Shown here: piece by piece, positions 50,351 through 64,000 of the stretch | Numbering within the stretch: the first letter of the stretch is position 1 | How the letters are laid out: each line of letters begins with the position of its first letter | From: Azolla caroliniana | Taxonomy: Eukaryota > Plantae > Polypodiophyta | NCBI GenBank assembly: GCA_043228905.1 | Contig: JBHGNT010000013.1 | Coordinates: 20,212,001-20,276,000 of the forward strand | Length of the DNA: 64,000 nt | Direction: 5' to 3' | Made by a program: the position numbers and the translations under genes | Notes under the pieces: generated by a model | Told to the model about the DNA's origin: nothing | The model's database searches: none | What the model saw: the letters and a program-made list of their open reading frames with translations, nothing else

Positions 50351-53300
50351 TAAGTAAATTCCCTACACCATAATTTGCATATGATACACTAACACTAGTT
50401 CATGACTAATGGGTAACCTTGAACAAAATTTCCTCATCTTTTTACAAACCCATGTAATGTTGTGGGTTTTCACACTTAACTTGTAACAAATTTGCCAACT
50501 AGATATTTATAGTAGACTCTAGTAGATTTTGACAATTAGAAGTACATCTTCTGAGCACTTTGTTTTTGACACACTTGAGATATTCCTTACATATCGATCC
50601 ATTTCCCTCTGACAAACATATATGGTTGTTTCTCCCTATGACATATATACCTTCAACATCATTTAAGTTGTAGAATAAACATTGTTTGAGTTATCTCATG
50701 TACAAGCTTGCTCTTATTACCTAGAGTATGTGTTTGTCCTAACACATGACCAAATGTTTTTGGCGCTCGAGGACCTTACACTATCCTCTTCCTCCTCTAA
50801 GCATATCTCCAGTCTCATCTTCAACCAAAGGCGAGGAAGCCTTCTAGGGTGGTTCCAAGCGAAACACATTAGCCTCTCGTCTTCTCACATTGCAACCTTG
50901 AGCCATGTGTCCTAATTTAGCAAATTTGTGGTACCTTACCTTAAGGAAAGGTTTTTTCTCTTTCTACCCTTCTCTATATCCCATTGAGTAGAGAATGTAG
51001 AATCCATTATCCATTCTCAATAGCTAACATCCACTACTCGTCCTACACTTCACAAACCTAACTAGATACATTTGGTCTTGAAGAATTTTTTCCTCGCATT
51101 GCCTCCTCCCCTTCCATCAATTCATGCACAAGCCAATTAATCAAAGTCTTCATCATCATTCACTTCGGGTTTCTCCTTGTTTACATATCCTACTAATAAT
51201 TTTTGTGTACCCACTCATAATGCATTATCAATGCTAAGCAATGTTTTCATCTACTTCACGCTCTTTTCATGGTATAATGAATAACAAATAATTTATTAGT
51301 TAGAGACTTATACAATCTCATAACAACATCATATCTCCCCAATATTAAAATGTTCAATGATAGTCAACATTGACAAACTATAGTTGTACGCACTTTGTCC
51401 TTGTCTGAAGCGACTTCATCAAATAATAGGAACAATGGAAGGGGGTGATTCTAGGCAGCAATTCCAGTTGATTTTAAGCTAATAATAATTATTATTATTA
51501 TTATTATAATCTGAGGTCATTGATTGTGGAAAACAAAATTGAAGAGTTGTATCAATATTTCATATAGTGTGATGGATGTTGTGTGATGTGCAAGTAAAGA
51601 CCATTCTTGTCAAACTTTTAATGTGAATAGTATAGATCTTTTGAAGGATAAACAAATGGAAAAAACACTTGACAAGGAGTTGTTGGTTCACATGGCAAAG
51701 AATGAAAAGTTGGACTATTGTTATGTTATGTGATTTAAGGAGCTCACTAGATTTGTCAATGGTAGTCTATCTTATCAAGTAGAAGAGCAAATCAATGCTC
51801 TGTTTGTTGAATGAATCCTTAAAACCAAGACAAGTGTCGTGTCTTTGTAATTGAAAGGAAACTCATGAACCAAAACCTTTATTTGTAGAAAGATGATACA
51901 TATCATTGCATATGATCATTTTCATAGGGATAAAAAATTGTCTTATGGTACAAACGATGTTGTGTTGATAACATCTATGACCATCATCATTTTGTACTTC
52001 ATCAAGTCATCGAGAAGGCGAAAACTTTCTTTTACATTGTAAATCATCCTAAGTTTTGAACGTTTGTATGATACCGACACACAAATGATCGAATGAATTG
52101 AGCACAAAAGCCTTTGGCACTTGAGCTTCATTCTAGCCCCACATCACCAATTTCAACACCCTTCTTGCATACAAGCACCACTATCGACAATTAGATCCAC
52201 CATTTGCAGTGTTTTTGATGTATTGCTAAAAAAGTAGTTGTCATTTCTTTCCTTGACCAAACATACATTTTCTTTCCTTAAACAATTTTGCGTTTTCAAT
52301 TTCCTAAAGACGCAATCTAATAGAGAAGGCTTTCCTCATGAGTTTACATCATTTCTTAAATTGGTGATGGAACTGGCAAAAGGAAACCAAATTCATTCAT
52401 TACTTGATCTAAAGAATGTTGTTAACATATATGCTATTACATCATACAATGAATTCATATTGATAGCTTCAGAAAAGTGTAGATTCAAAGTGTAATGAAA
52501 AGACATTGAATGTTCTTAGAATTTATTTGCTTATGTGTTCCATGGTGTTTAGAGATGTGAAATTTGTACAATTAGAGAGAAGACATGTAGTGGTGTTGAA
52601 CAATTGGGCACTAAAGAAGCTTATTGGACCTTTCTGGCGACCAAATATACGGAGAAGTTCAGGGAACACCCACACGGTAAAGAGAAGTGAGTGCCACTAT
52701 TTCGTATAGAGATGGTCCTCAAAATAATTGATGGAGACAATAAAAAGCGTACAAGAAGTTTCATACCTCTCACAAGGAGATGATTCACAACGAGGATCTT
52801 CAAATAAATAGGTTGTTACATGTGTTCTAGGTGTGGGCAATATGTAGGTCATAATCAAAAGCGTTCTAAGAACTCTATAGTCAATTGAGTAGGATTGCAG
52901 ATGCTTAATGACATGTATGGGCAATTATCCCATATCATAAATGGTACCCATACTACACTTCATTGTTCATCAAGTCCGACATTTGTATGTGTGCACAAGT
53001 CTGTGAACATGTTTACGTGTAAAGTGGGCATTTTGACAATTTACTCTACAAATTAACGAATAAATGAAACTATTTTGAAGGTTCTATCTCATTATAGAAG
53101 GAACTTTGATGATGTTTTCAAAGAGGAAAATACATAGTTATGTCTAATTTATTAGTGAATACTTTTTAAGGAAGGTTCCAGGAACATCTCTCTCTCTCTC
53201 TCGGTGAGACAAAGGGAGCATGATGTTTATTGATAAAGGGTAATTGTGGCATGGGGCTATTGCTGGAGGAGGTTGCATATGGGTATGCTAGTTCCATGAG

Positions 53301-56300
53301 CCATCAAATTTTTTTTTTTAAAGTGCTCTGAAATTTGTATGTTCGTAGATGATGCCTCTCCCCCGGTCCTAGGCTTTCTTTTAGATAAACTACTTTTTCA
53401 TATGGATGTTACCATACACCATACATGACGTTTATACATGAATATGTACTTTCTTTATCCTTTTCTTATGTGATCCCTTCAAATAATGGATAGGAGGTGG
53501 TATCTTCACGTTTTGGGTCCATGGGTCAAGCCTCGAGAGCATGACAATAAATCTATATCATAATATATTCTTTGACCTAACTCTTGAGACTATCACCTTG
53601 CATGCAAATTTGTACAATATTGTGCAAAAAAGTTCTTGATAACTAATATTATTGGGTCAAATTTTCCTAATTGTGCCTTTTTGGAATAATAAATTAGACC
53701 TTCAAAAATATCTTGTAGCTAGATATCTTTATATACTATATAAGCTTATAACCATTTAACATGGTCACTAGTATCATTGTTGTGAACATAAATGATGAGA
53801 TACTCCAAATTACAAATAGTGTAACTTAGGACATTCATCTATGTTGTTGTGATCTTTTGGCTTTTTTTTACTCCGTTGGGATTATGATTCATCTTGTGTA
53901 GAATGAACTCATATCTTGTTTGGTTGCACGAAGCCCCACATCATTTGGTTGCAAATTCTTGCACCATTTGGTTGCCTCATATTATAACTTCCTGCATGGA
54001 TTTGGAGGTGCCAAAATTACGACCTTGGTCATTTTAGAGTTTATTGGAACTCCTCCCTAGGTGGAGAGCTCATCAAGAGCCACAAGACTGATATATAGAC
54101 TTCACATCTGGTCCCTTCGGTCCTTGTACATAGCTAGAACCTTACGAACATAGAGTTTATATCATATAAGAAAGGGTACCTTTCCCTTAGACCATGATTA
54201 TGGTAGCAAAATGCTTTGGTATGCTATTAGGGCACATGACTATCATTGTATAATTTTGTTTTCACATTATCCACATTCTAATATTATGAAATCAAACATC
54301 TATATCTCAATACCTTATTATTGGGAAGAAAATATCACTTTGACTATCAATCTAGAACCTATCTTTTCTGTCTGCGCAAGTCCCTCAATCAAATACTTCA
54401 ACAATGAAGTTGTGTTTCCTAGTTCAGTGGTTGTCATAAACTCCGCTTCCATAGTGAGAGAGCAACTAAAGAATCTAGGATAAACAATCCTCCCTCAAAC
54501 TTTAAAGCATAGCCAAATTGTTTTAAACGTAGAAAGAGAAAAGGATAGACTTCCATGAAATCAATTGTCTCTTGATTTTTTAAAGCATTGCTAATATTTT
54601 ATCTACATTACTCGCATAATTAGAATCAACATATATAGTTACCTTCGTTGAATTTGAAAACATAATCAGTGGTGCAAACATTTAAAAATTTACTTCATTA
54701 CATTCCAACACCAATTTCTTAGTTTTTTCATGTATTTAATGACTACAACTAAATGTGAAATATATTTTATCTAGTACACACCATTGCATATGAATTAAGT
54801 TTCTATGAAATATGTTTGTCTTAGTTAAATAGATCATTACTAGATAAGAAACATAAGAAATGTCTCAATAAATAGATAATTGCTAAGTAAAAAAACATGT
54901 ATATCGTAATTAATTAGAGTGATAAAGCTACATGAAAGAAAGTGGCTCGTAGTGGATGCAAAGGGGAGAGAATAATGATCAAATGTCCTTTTTTATATGA
55001 GACTTCTTGCTTTTCTTATTAACGTTGAAAACCTTAAAGGTCCCTTCACGTTATGAGCCGACTATGCATTTGCTACCTCATAGAGGGTACCTCCCCACAA
55101 ATTACAACATGACCATGTTTTTTGTACATATACATGTGGCCTATGACCATTATATCCTAGATTGGAATATTAAGTCTTCAAGGTGGTTAAACTAAAGAAT
55201 ATGACACTATCTCCCTCTATAACATATAATGGACATCATATGGAATCTATATATATACGAGATTCAAGCCACGTGTGCATATTCATCTTCTATTGTTTGG
55301 CAACACTCTAAATACAAACAAAAATACGATGCTAATGAAACTTACCATCTTTCATATCTCATACAATTGCTCTATTGCTCAACATGTAATCCTAAGTTCA
55401 AAGATGTGAAATTTATTTTTAGTAGCAAGGGGTAGTAAGCGGTAACATCAAGTTGGTGGACAAGCAAGAGACTACATTGAATAATAAAGGGAGTCCACTA
55501 GATGTCTTGCATGAGTGTGGTGAACTTAAAATACAATTTCATGTTAACCCAAAAATAATGATGGTGGTGTGCTGAATGAACATGGAGGGTATGGCGTGTT
55601 TGTGGCTAGAGTAGCGTGGGATGATTACTATATTGAACATGGTTTTGAGTATCATTCAAAGGATGACAATAGGATAGTTACCTTCATCTAAAGATTGATC
55701 ATTTGGCAATTGGTGAGGCCTTTACTAGGGTCGAAATCAAGACCCCCACTAGGATAATCATATAAATGGGAACCAAAATGTTCAAATAAAGATTAGTTTA
55801 GGAGAAGTCATAGTAGTGTCAAGGAAGGAATTAAGTGTTAGGATCTAAGACGTCAATGAAGTTCCCATTGTTTTGTAGCATATTGATTTCTATATGAGTT
55901 TACTGGGGCTAGGGTGTGGAAAGGTTGGCTAATTGAATAGGAGGGTGGGACACATCCTCTAATGATTGTTATAAAGCCAATCATTGGAAGAGGTAGAAAA
56001 CAATGTTCATTGTTGTGTTTAATTGATAAGGTGTGAATCGGTGTCAAAATCAATGGATAGTGTGCGAATGATCTAAGATGTGGTGGCACCAAGGGGGGTT
56101 TATGCCTAGATTTAAATTTGTGTAATGAATTTGCCATATTGTAAAATCAACCCTTGCACTCACAAGGGATCACTACTATTAAAGAAAACATTAGTCATGC
56201 AAAGTTGTCTCGCCAATTGCATCACTTTCATATTGTCATTGTGCAATACATTTAGCAATGCAAGTGGAGTGTCGTATAACACTATTTTCTCACCACAACC

Positions 56301-57307
56301 AAATTGATCCAAAATACATATTATTTTTTAATTATTATTATTTTTTAAACTACTTTGAAAATTATTTTAAACCATTTAAGAATTAACTTTTTCCTGAGTT
56401 TGTATGGACGTAGCTATGCTTGCTCATTTGCTTCATAGGTGAAGGGCCATTGGATAAGGGTCTTATCTCAGAGTAGTTGGTATTCATGGATTTTATGTCT
56501 CTATGGATAATGGGGTGGTGTCACAAGCTCACCGAAATATGCAAGAGTTCTTCCTGAAACCAACACAATCATAATTGACATATTTACATGTGTGTATATT
56601 TGTACAAATATATGCTTGTATGTTTGTACGTATGTATGTATCCTTGTTTGTATTAGTGCATGTTTATAAGTAAGGATTTATGTGTGCATATCATCGTACA
56701 GATGTCCATATGTAAGTGCATTTTTGTATATATATGCCTGCATATGAAATGATATGTATGAATGTAATTATGTATGTATGTATGTATACTTATATTCACC
56801 TAATCGATTATCCCAAAGGTAGTGGTTCCCAAATTATTTGATAATCTCTAGAAGAACCTGCCCAAACATTATTTACATTGAATGACTACAAGAAAAAGGT
56901 GCACGGACAAGTGTATTGAGGAGCCAAACAAGTATGCATACAACCTTCGTTAATCTACTATGAAGAGAGTCTTCAGCAGATGAAAGAAAGCATGGAAGCC
57001 AATTACAGCAATATTGGCAACCCTTCCACATACAACCAATAAAATGCTGACAATTCCCCATTTTGTGCACCAATTCCCCATATAAGTGCACCAATTCCCC
57101 ATTTTGTCAATATGCAGTGCTGCACATGCTTCTCTATAGAGGAGAAAATAAAGGAAGTAGATAAACATCGAGCATCCTTGATGATATTAGTAAGAGCATG
57201 CCAAACATGATAAACTCAGTTTGATACATATTACATACACCACGAACTAGTAATGACGGACACTGAAGACATTAAGCTTCAAAAGAAAAAGGTAATATGT
57301 TTTGGAG

Positions 57308-57373
57308 AAACTATTGATGTACCTGTGGAGAACTCAGGATAAACTATTGATGTACCTGTGGAGAACTCAGGAT
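57308..57373. repeat. 33-bp perfect tandem duplication
   Basis: AAACTATTGATGTACCTGTGGAGAACTCAGGAT x2. Confidence 0.9.
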
Positions 57374-59023
57374 ATGTGGGAAAAAAAACCCTGAAGAAGC
57401 TGGCTCAGTAGCTGATTTCCTTCCTCCCCCCATAATACAATTTACAACTGCAGATACAAGCTCAGATGGACTGCTTGGTTCAACTGATCTCTGCCAACAA
57501 CAAGACCTTTGAATCTTTGAGATACCTTGAAACCAACAATGTCCACGAAATTATGTCACAACATACAAGATTGTCAAAGACAAGGGCTATCAATAGAGTA
57601 GACTCCTCTCTCTCCAGTACACCTGCCTGCATTCCATGAAATGCCAAAAGGCCGTGCAACCTAAAACCTTTAACAAACAAGTAGGAAATGATAAGCTAAT
57701 TAAATTTTCTTAGTAACATAGTAATGGCAAATGAACTATGAATCTCATCTATCTATCTGGAAATGTAGATCCAAATCATGACTTCAAACCATTGGCATTT
57801 TCAGCATCCTGTTGAGTATCCATAGAAGAAAGAAGGAAAACAAAAAGTTATTAAATCATGGCAGAGATTATACCAAATTGATAATGGAGCGTCGATCATC
57901 CTAGCATTAGGATCGCGTCTATGATATTCACAAATCTGCACCAACTCATGATTACAGAAAAAGGCCAGTAAAATATCACTCTTCACTTGTGCAATTAGAA
58001 GGAAAGACCATTGAAACATAAAGACAAGGATGATGTAGCCATAAATCACATGTCACAAAATCTATATTTCTTTTCTCATTAATCTTGGTTTGGAAAAGTC
58101 TCCTCAGGAAAAATGAAGAATATAAAATGAATATAATTTAGATGCAAATGGTATCACTGAGCTTGATAAATGATGCTGGTCCAAGAAAGTGAGCAATCAA
58201 AATGTGTAATCCAGCTGGAAACCATAAGTTATGAGATTTATGCATGTTTATTTTCTGATTTTACTGTATAAATCCTCTCCTCCGGGCAAGTATGGAATAT
58301 AACTCTCACTCCCTCCTTTCTCTCCAAATTATCAATTCCGTCATATTCCAGCTGTTTCCTCAACCTCTTGCTTAAGAGGACCCCTTCTTGAAATTTTGTT
58401 CCAAATAGCATTGAGGATTCTTTGACATCTTGTCCGTATCATTGCAAAAGATTACATTTTGCATATATATGAACTAGTGGATGAAGATTTCCCCATAATA
58501 GTTTCAATATGATCGTCAAACATTATCTTTAGCAAAGGCCTTAAAGACTAGTTGTTGACGCATGATATCCTACCTTTTCTGATCAAATGTCCATCATCAT
58601 TGTCAAACATAATTCTTGGTAGACATCTATATCAAAGTGAATGCACACTACCACATCGTATTGAAATGCCATGATCATTACCTAATACAATATTTTGCAG
58701 ATATTTGCTAACACAGTTTATAGATGCATCCTACCTCTTTTAGGTGATCATAGACGACGCTAGACACATTCTGGGTAACGGCACCTTGTCATCTCAACAA
58801 AGCCACATCATCCTGTCGAACGAGATCCTTATCGTCGCATATATCCATCTGCAAGAGTTAAGCAGACATGAGGAAAGATGCCAAAAGATGGTGTACAATG
58901 ATGAGCCGAAAAGGGAAGGAGAACAAAAAAGAAAGACATAGGAGCGCCTAGGTAAGACTTCCATGAGAAAAGAGAGACAGGAGACGACACGCGCAGAAAA
59001 AGAAAGGATTCATTTCTTCCTTT

Positions 59024-59057
<34 letters not shown>

Positions 59058-59194
59058 TACTAGGCAAGAGGATGTGAACATGATGCTGTTGAGCATGTTC
59101 CGGACGCCGTGGTTCTGATGGAGTCTATTCCAGCAGCGTCTCAGACATGAAAACAAAGGATGCCCTCGACTTCAGTAGGTAAGGAAGGAACTGG

Positions 59195-59202
59195 AAACCC
59201 TA
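59195..59202. promoter_or_regulatory. Telo-box AAACCCTA next to a CT/GA-rich leader-like region
   Basis: Exact AAACCCTA. Telo-boxes are common near plant transcription starts. Confidence 0.4.
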
Positions 59203-62102
59203 AAACCTTCGTGCTTCTGTTCCTGTCATAACTCCTGCTTCCGCTTGCGCCTACTCTCTCTCACTCAAAGAAGAAGATAGAACGTTTGTTTGAAGATGAT
59301 TCATAACATGGCTATGGCATAACTCTGCAATTTGTTGTCGTGTCCATATACATACATAAACCGTTCCTGAGAAGACAGACAGTCAGGCAGACTGTAGACA
59401 GAGACAAACAGACATAAAAGAAGCTCATTCTCATTATCACTCACAGTCGTACCACAGAGAAATCAATGGAGGAGATTAGACACAAAACTTCTAGGCAAAC
59501 AATGCTTTTCCTTAAATCATTTGACGAACTTTAGAAGTTAATAGGCCTAACCTTTTATTTCATCATAAACTTGTAACTCGCAATGGTGGATTAATGGAAA
59601 CGAAGCGATGTTGGTGATCTCTCACCTAATCACTCTTCTCCCGGGTGCTCAAGTTGTGGTAAAGTCTCACATGAGTTATGTGTTTAATTTATCTTCCACA
59701 AGTGATTAAGCCTAGAGTATGATTAGTGATTAATCGTAGAGTAGCTTGGGAGTGGTTTACACTCACTCTAACCCAAAAAACGGGAGACGATGGTACGTCC
59801 CCTCGCACCATTCTCGAGGTGGCTTTGAAGAAGAACACTCGAGTAAGAAGTATCTTTTGACAAGATTGGTGAAAGATGTTACAAGTTCGGCAATGTTAAA
59901 CAAGACTAGATCCACCATTTGAAACTAATGATGAGCGTTCCATAAGCTCCCACAACTAAGTTTGTGCCAAGGAGGCGAAGAAGAACAACTCCCTACAGCT
60001 TCATCTTAAATTACCCTTATCATTTATGATATTTATTTATTTATTGTCTTGATTTCCATTCATAAATTGCAATTAGTAAGCCCGATTGGGAACATTTTTT
60101 GTTTTTTGTCTTTTTGTCTCGTTGATTAAGCATTTTTCTAATCACTTTACCTATCACAAATATAGCCATAACTATTGATTAATACTAATCGATAATTAAG
60201 AGACGTAGTTATATTCTTTTCTCGAGACGATCTAATCTTAGGACAATGAATAATAGTACATTTAAGAGCTTCAATTGTACCCTTCCATGATTTCACTCAA
60301 AAGCTCTTTAAGTTTTGGTATAGATAACCACACCAACTCTTGTCGTGTCAAACCATCGTGTAGAGGGTCAAAACACTCAACAAGAACCAATGTGTAGGGC
60401 CTAGGCTCTAACTGATAAACAGTAATCAATTCATGGAATGGTTTGGTTCTTAGAATGGGTTGGTTCTTGAGGTTGACAAGATTTGGGAAGATTTGGCAAA
60501 AGTTAAACATGGAAGACCTCATGAATAATAAAAAACGATGAGATTCTCATAACCAAGCGTGAAAGCCCTAACAAGATGAAAGCTCCAATCTAGTCTATGG
60601 TAGTAGAATGCATGGAATTTCATAAGAGCATGTTGGTCCACTTAGAAATGTTGACACCTTCATAGATATCATGATGTACTTAATAACTTCAACTTAATTA
60701 GCAACTCTATTAGGAATGAGTAACCACTAAAAGGATCCAAACCATTAGAACTCCAGTGCTCACCTAAGCATGGAGCACCCACAACATGGAAATGGTGGCC
60801 CCAAACATTGGCATGCCTGATCCAAATTTAGTTGCCAAAATCCATTCTATCCAAATGTTGTTGACCTTAACGGACCTCAAGGGGCAACCCTCTCCCTAAG
60901 ACGATGAATCTTATTGAAAGTTTAGTCACAATTGAAGTCTAGAATGACTTCATTTACATAAAGGGAGAGTTTCCAACACAACTTCACTTCAAACGAAGAG
61001 GGATGAAGTGGAATCCCATTGAATCACTATTCTCCATAAAAAAAGAAGCAAAAGAAACAATCCACAACTAAATATATGAGACGAAAAGTCTCCACAATAA
61101 GTGCGAGGAAAGTGACAACATGATCAACAAAAAAGTTATCGGTTTATCCATGGGTTATACAAACCTACCTTACAAAACTTTCTCATAGCTAGTGTTAATG
61201 AGCATGACCATAATTTTCTTTTTCCATGAAAAATATCCTCCATGATCATTAGGTAGATATTTTCCCCTAATCTTATGATGAGTAAGTGTGGGTGAACTCT
61301 AAAAACCACGAGGGTATGCATTGAATCTTATAATTCTAGATTCTCTTGGGGGGTATGGATAGCAACAACACATTGGCATTATCATTTTTAACCACATGAT
61401 GTCTTGTCGAGATGTCATATGCCGAAATCGATGATTGGACACTACGATTTGAAAGGACTTCGGAAAACAAATGGGCGGGCGGGCGGGCAAGAATGAAGAG
61501 GGAGGATTAAAATTTAAGACATAAAAGAGGAGATCCAAAGAAAGAAAGACAAGTATATGTAACTAGAAGAACAACATTCGCTACGTATATTCTTTACTAA
61601 TTTAAAAGTATCTAAATTTGGTAAGCATGATTTAGATTGCATGGTCGGCTAAATTAGCCGCGTGGGTTTATTACTTATTTATTTATTAAACATTTATGTT
61701 CTTATTATTAAATCAGCCCTGAATTTCTCTAGAAGGATTGTGTCTAAGTTTCTGTGCATGCATAATTTAATGCCTTTAGCTTTCCACGTAAATTTCTCTG
61801 CCCCTTCCTCCGCATTCTCTGTTCATCGATTCTCTCCCAATCTTTTATGTTCTGACTCGTTTTCCTCATTTGATTAATTCCTTCTTTATTATGTTTTCCA
61901 TCGCCTTGATTTAGATTCTGTCTCTTGTATCTTCTTAGGTTTCCGATGCTTTAATTTCCCTTCTACATTAAGATACATTCAATCTCTTGTTCATGGTGAT
62001 GCAATGATATAGGCAAATAGATAGATATCTGTATATGTCCTTGATCCATCACTATAAGATTTCTCTCCCACAATTAAGGAGCCTTCACAAGAAAAGGAAG
62101 CA

Positions 62103-62645
62103 ATGATGAAAGGGAGTACTTCTTGGTCGATCCTCGGTTTGGGGGTATGGATGTTGCTTCTCGCATCAGCCCATGCACAAGAGCAGCAGGCACCCGGGGC
62201 CCTGCCCAACCAAGTGGTCCTTGGGCTCATCAATGCGATTCGGGCTGAGGGCTTCAATACGGCTGCACTCATCATCACATACGTCCGAGACGTAGTCAGA
62301 CCGCCTGTGACACTCCTGATCCCCAATGACCAAGCCATTGCAAACGTTGCCTTGAGCTTGCCCCTGTTGTCTGCGTCTCCGTCGTTGCTACGCAACCTTG
62401 TCCAGGTCCACATGATCCCCAGCAACTTGTCATTCTCGGACCTGCGAGCCCTGCCTGTCAACACGCTAATCCCCACCTTCCACACAGGCACCAGGCTCCG
62501 CGTCACGAGCAACAGCCGGAACAACTACATGATAGAGAACGCTCACGTCCTCGGCAAAGACATATGTCCGAATGTTGCCGATTTCCTAACATGCTTCGGT
62601 ATTAGTCAGGTCTTGAATGTTTCTGGGTTGTTTCCGAATGATTAA
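62103..62645 (+). CDS. Secreted single FAS1 (fasciclin) domain protein, 180 aa, intronless
   Basis: Signal peptide (WSILGLGVWMLLLASAHA-Q), FAS1 H1 motif VTLLIPNDQA, HMIP..LSFSDLRALP..IPT and H2-like DIC..CFGISQVL. GC-rich, uninterrupted ORF. Confidence 0.9.
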   Translation: MMKGSTSWSILGLGVWMLLLASAHAQEQQAPGALPNQVVLGLINAIRAEGFNTAALIITYVRDVVRPPVTLLIPNDQAIANVALSLPLLSASPSLLRNLVQVHMIPSNLSFSDLRALPVNTLIPTFHTGTRLRVTSNSRNNYMIENAHVLGKDICPNVADFLTCFGISQVLNVSGLFPND

Positions 62646-63644
62646 CTAAAACTCCTTGGTTAGGTAAATCGAGCTAATGATCTTTTTGAAGGGGGGCGCG
62701 TGCTTATGTGATGTGAAATTTTCGAGAGATTTTTACATATGAATGTATTAATAATGGAGAATTTAATGTAGGAATAGTTGCCATGAAAGCAAATGCAATG
62801 TCAACTTGCCAAATATATGTATATATATATTTAGATATATCCATAAAAGAACTTTGGTAAAGAGTATAGAAGGATATATATGGACGCAATGATGTAATAG
62901 TTAAGTGAATGATATTTATTCAAGAGATCGGATTATTTGATTGTCGTAGCGACATCTCATTCGTTCAGTTTGGTTTTGTTGACTTTAGTGTTTTATGGTA
63001 ATGTGAGTGATTGGTTTGATGATGTTGATTTTAGTGTTTGATGGTAATGTGATTTATACATTTGATTGCCATTTGCAAATTGATTCTAATTTTGCTTTAG
63101 AAAATTTAAACAAGATTGTAGTGGTATGCATGGGGTTTATGCATTGATGGGGTTTTTATTGCATAAACCACATGAATATGTACTCCAAAATGTTCGACAT
63201 ATGTGCTTCTATGATTGACTTAAAGTAAAAGTTTTGAGTAAGCAAAGTGAGGATTGGGATTTTCAAATTCAAAGGAACTTCCATTAAGTTGTAAATTAGG
63301 CCCTTGAAGGATGTAGTGTGCATGTTTCCCTTTGATCGGATTTTGTGTATGCTTGAATATAGATAGCTGTTGTCACTCCAATAAGTGCAATGACTATGAT
63401 GACAAGTTTTTAACGTAAAAACTTAGATTTGACGAAAGAAGATGTATATCGCATTTTAAAGTAAAAGTTAGATTTGATAGAAGATTTATATCGCATTTTG
63501 AATTTTAATCTATACGATTTGTCTTAATGACATCTACGTAATTTGGCAAATGGTAAGCTTTCTAGGTTTTATGTGCAATTGAATTTTGCATATTATCATT
63601 ATGGCTCCTCTCTCCAAGAGAATAGAGATGGATAGGTTTTTTGT

Positions 63645-63920
63645 ATGTAATTGGTTTGGAGAGAGAGAAGGTTTTCTATATATCGCTATTTGCATATGCA
63701 AACAATTATAATTTTTATGTTCGTAATTGGTTTGGAGAGAGAGGGTTATCTATACATCGCTATTTGCATATACACACAAATCAATGACTATGGTTCTAGC
63801 ATATGCACACATCGATGACTATACGGTTTGAAACGCCACCTTCACTCCAATCTCCCTTAGGGTCATCTCACTAATTTTTCCATTCCCATGCTTAACTAAT
63901 TTTTCCATTCCCATGCTTAC
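63645..63920. repeat. Two short tandem duplications
   Basis: GTAATTGGTTTGGAGAGAGAG..ATCGCTATTTGCATAT x2 (~63646, 63723) and CTAATTTT(T)CCATTCCCATGCTTA x2 (63871, 63896). Confidence 0.8.
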
Positions 63921-64000
63921 AGTCCAGTGTTTTGCTTCGAACGGAACCAATTTGGTAACTTTGAAGCATGTTAAGTGATCATCACCACCACCATGGTTTC

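Noticed and set aside
51500-53060. Possible CACTA/CMC-like transposase remnant (HFIVHQV...WAF)
   Set aside because: Too degenerate to assign by eye.
61991-62524. 177-aa minus-strand ORF
   Set aside because: Antisense to the well-supported FAS1 gene and has no motif.

Overview
AT-rich eukaryotic (land-plant) genomic window. The gene and repeat style suggests a fern or other non-seed vascular plant, but that is inference. Five protein-coding genes can be reconstructed by hand: a 5'-incomplete calponin-homology kinesin-14 (KCH type, 21 exons visible, 178-10988 +), an HR-like lesion-inducing family membrane protein (23450-25309 +), a CASP-like 2 protein (37068-38727 +), an OXS3-family protein with a long repeat-containing N-terminus (43374-45239 -) and a single-exon secreted FAS1 protein (62103-62645 +). 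Intergenic DNA holds a near full-length decayed L1-type LINE, smaller LINE fragments, a PLS-PPR pseudogene, a probable Sola/DUF7869-like transposase relic, LTR-like debris and many tandem repeats. Most notable: (i) a 5'-truncated LINE flanked by a near-perfect 122-bp duplication, (ii) an L1 that carries its ORF2 C-terminal module twice, (iii) a kinesin gene with one U12 AT-AC intron, two consecutive GC-AG introns and a duplicated acceptor/exon that could yield a tail-less isoform, and (iv) His/Asp-rich repeats on the OXS3 homolog. All exon structures were derived manually from splice motifs and frame continuity. No database searches were run, and family names come from motif recognition.
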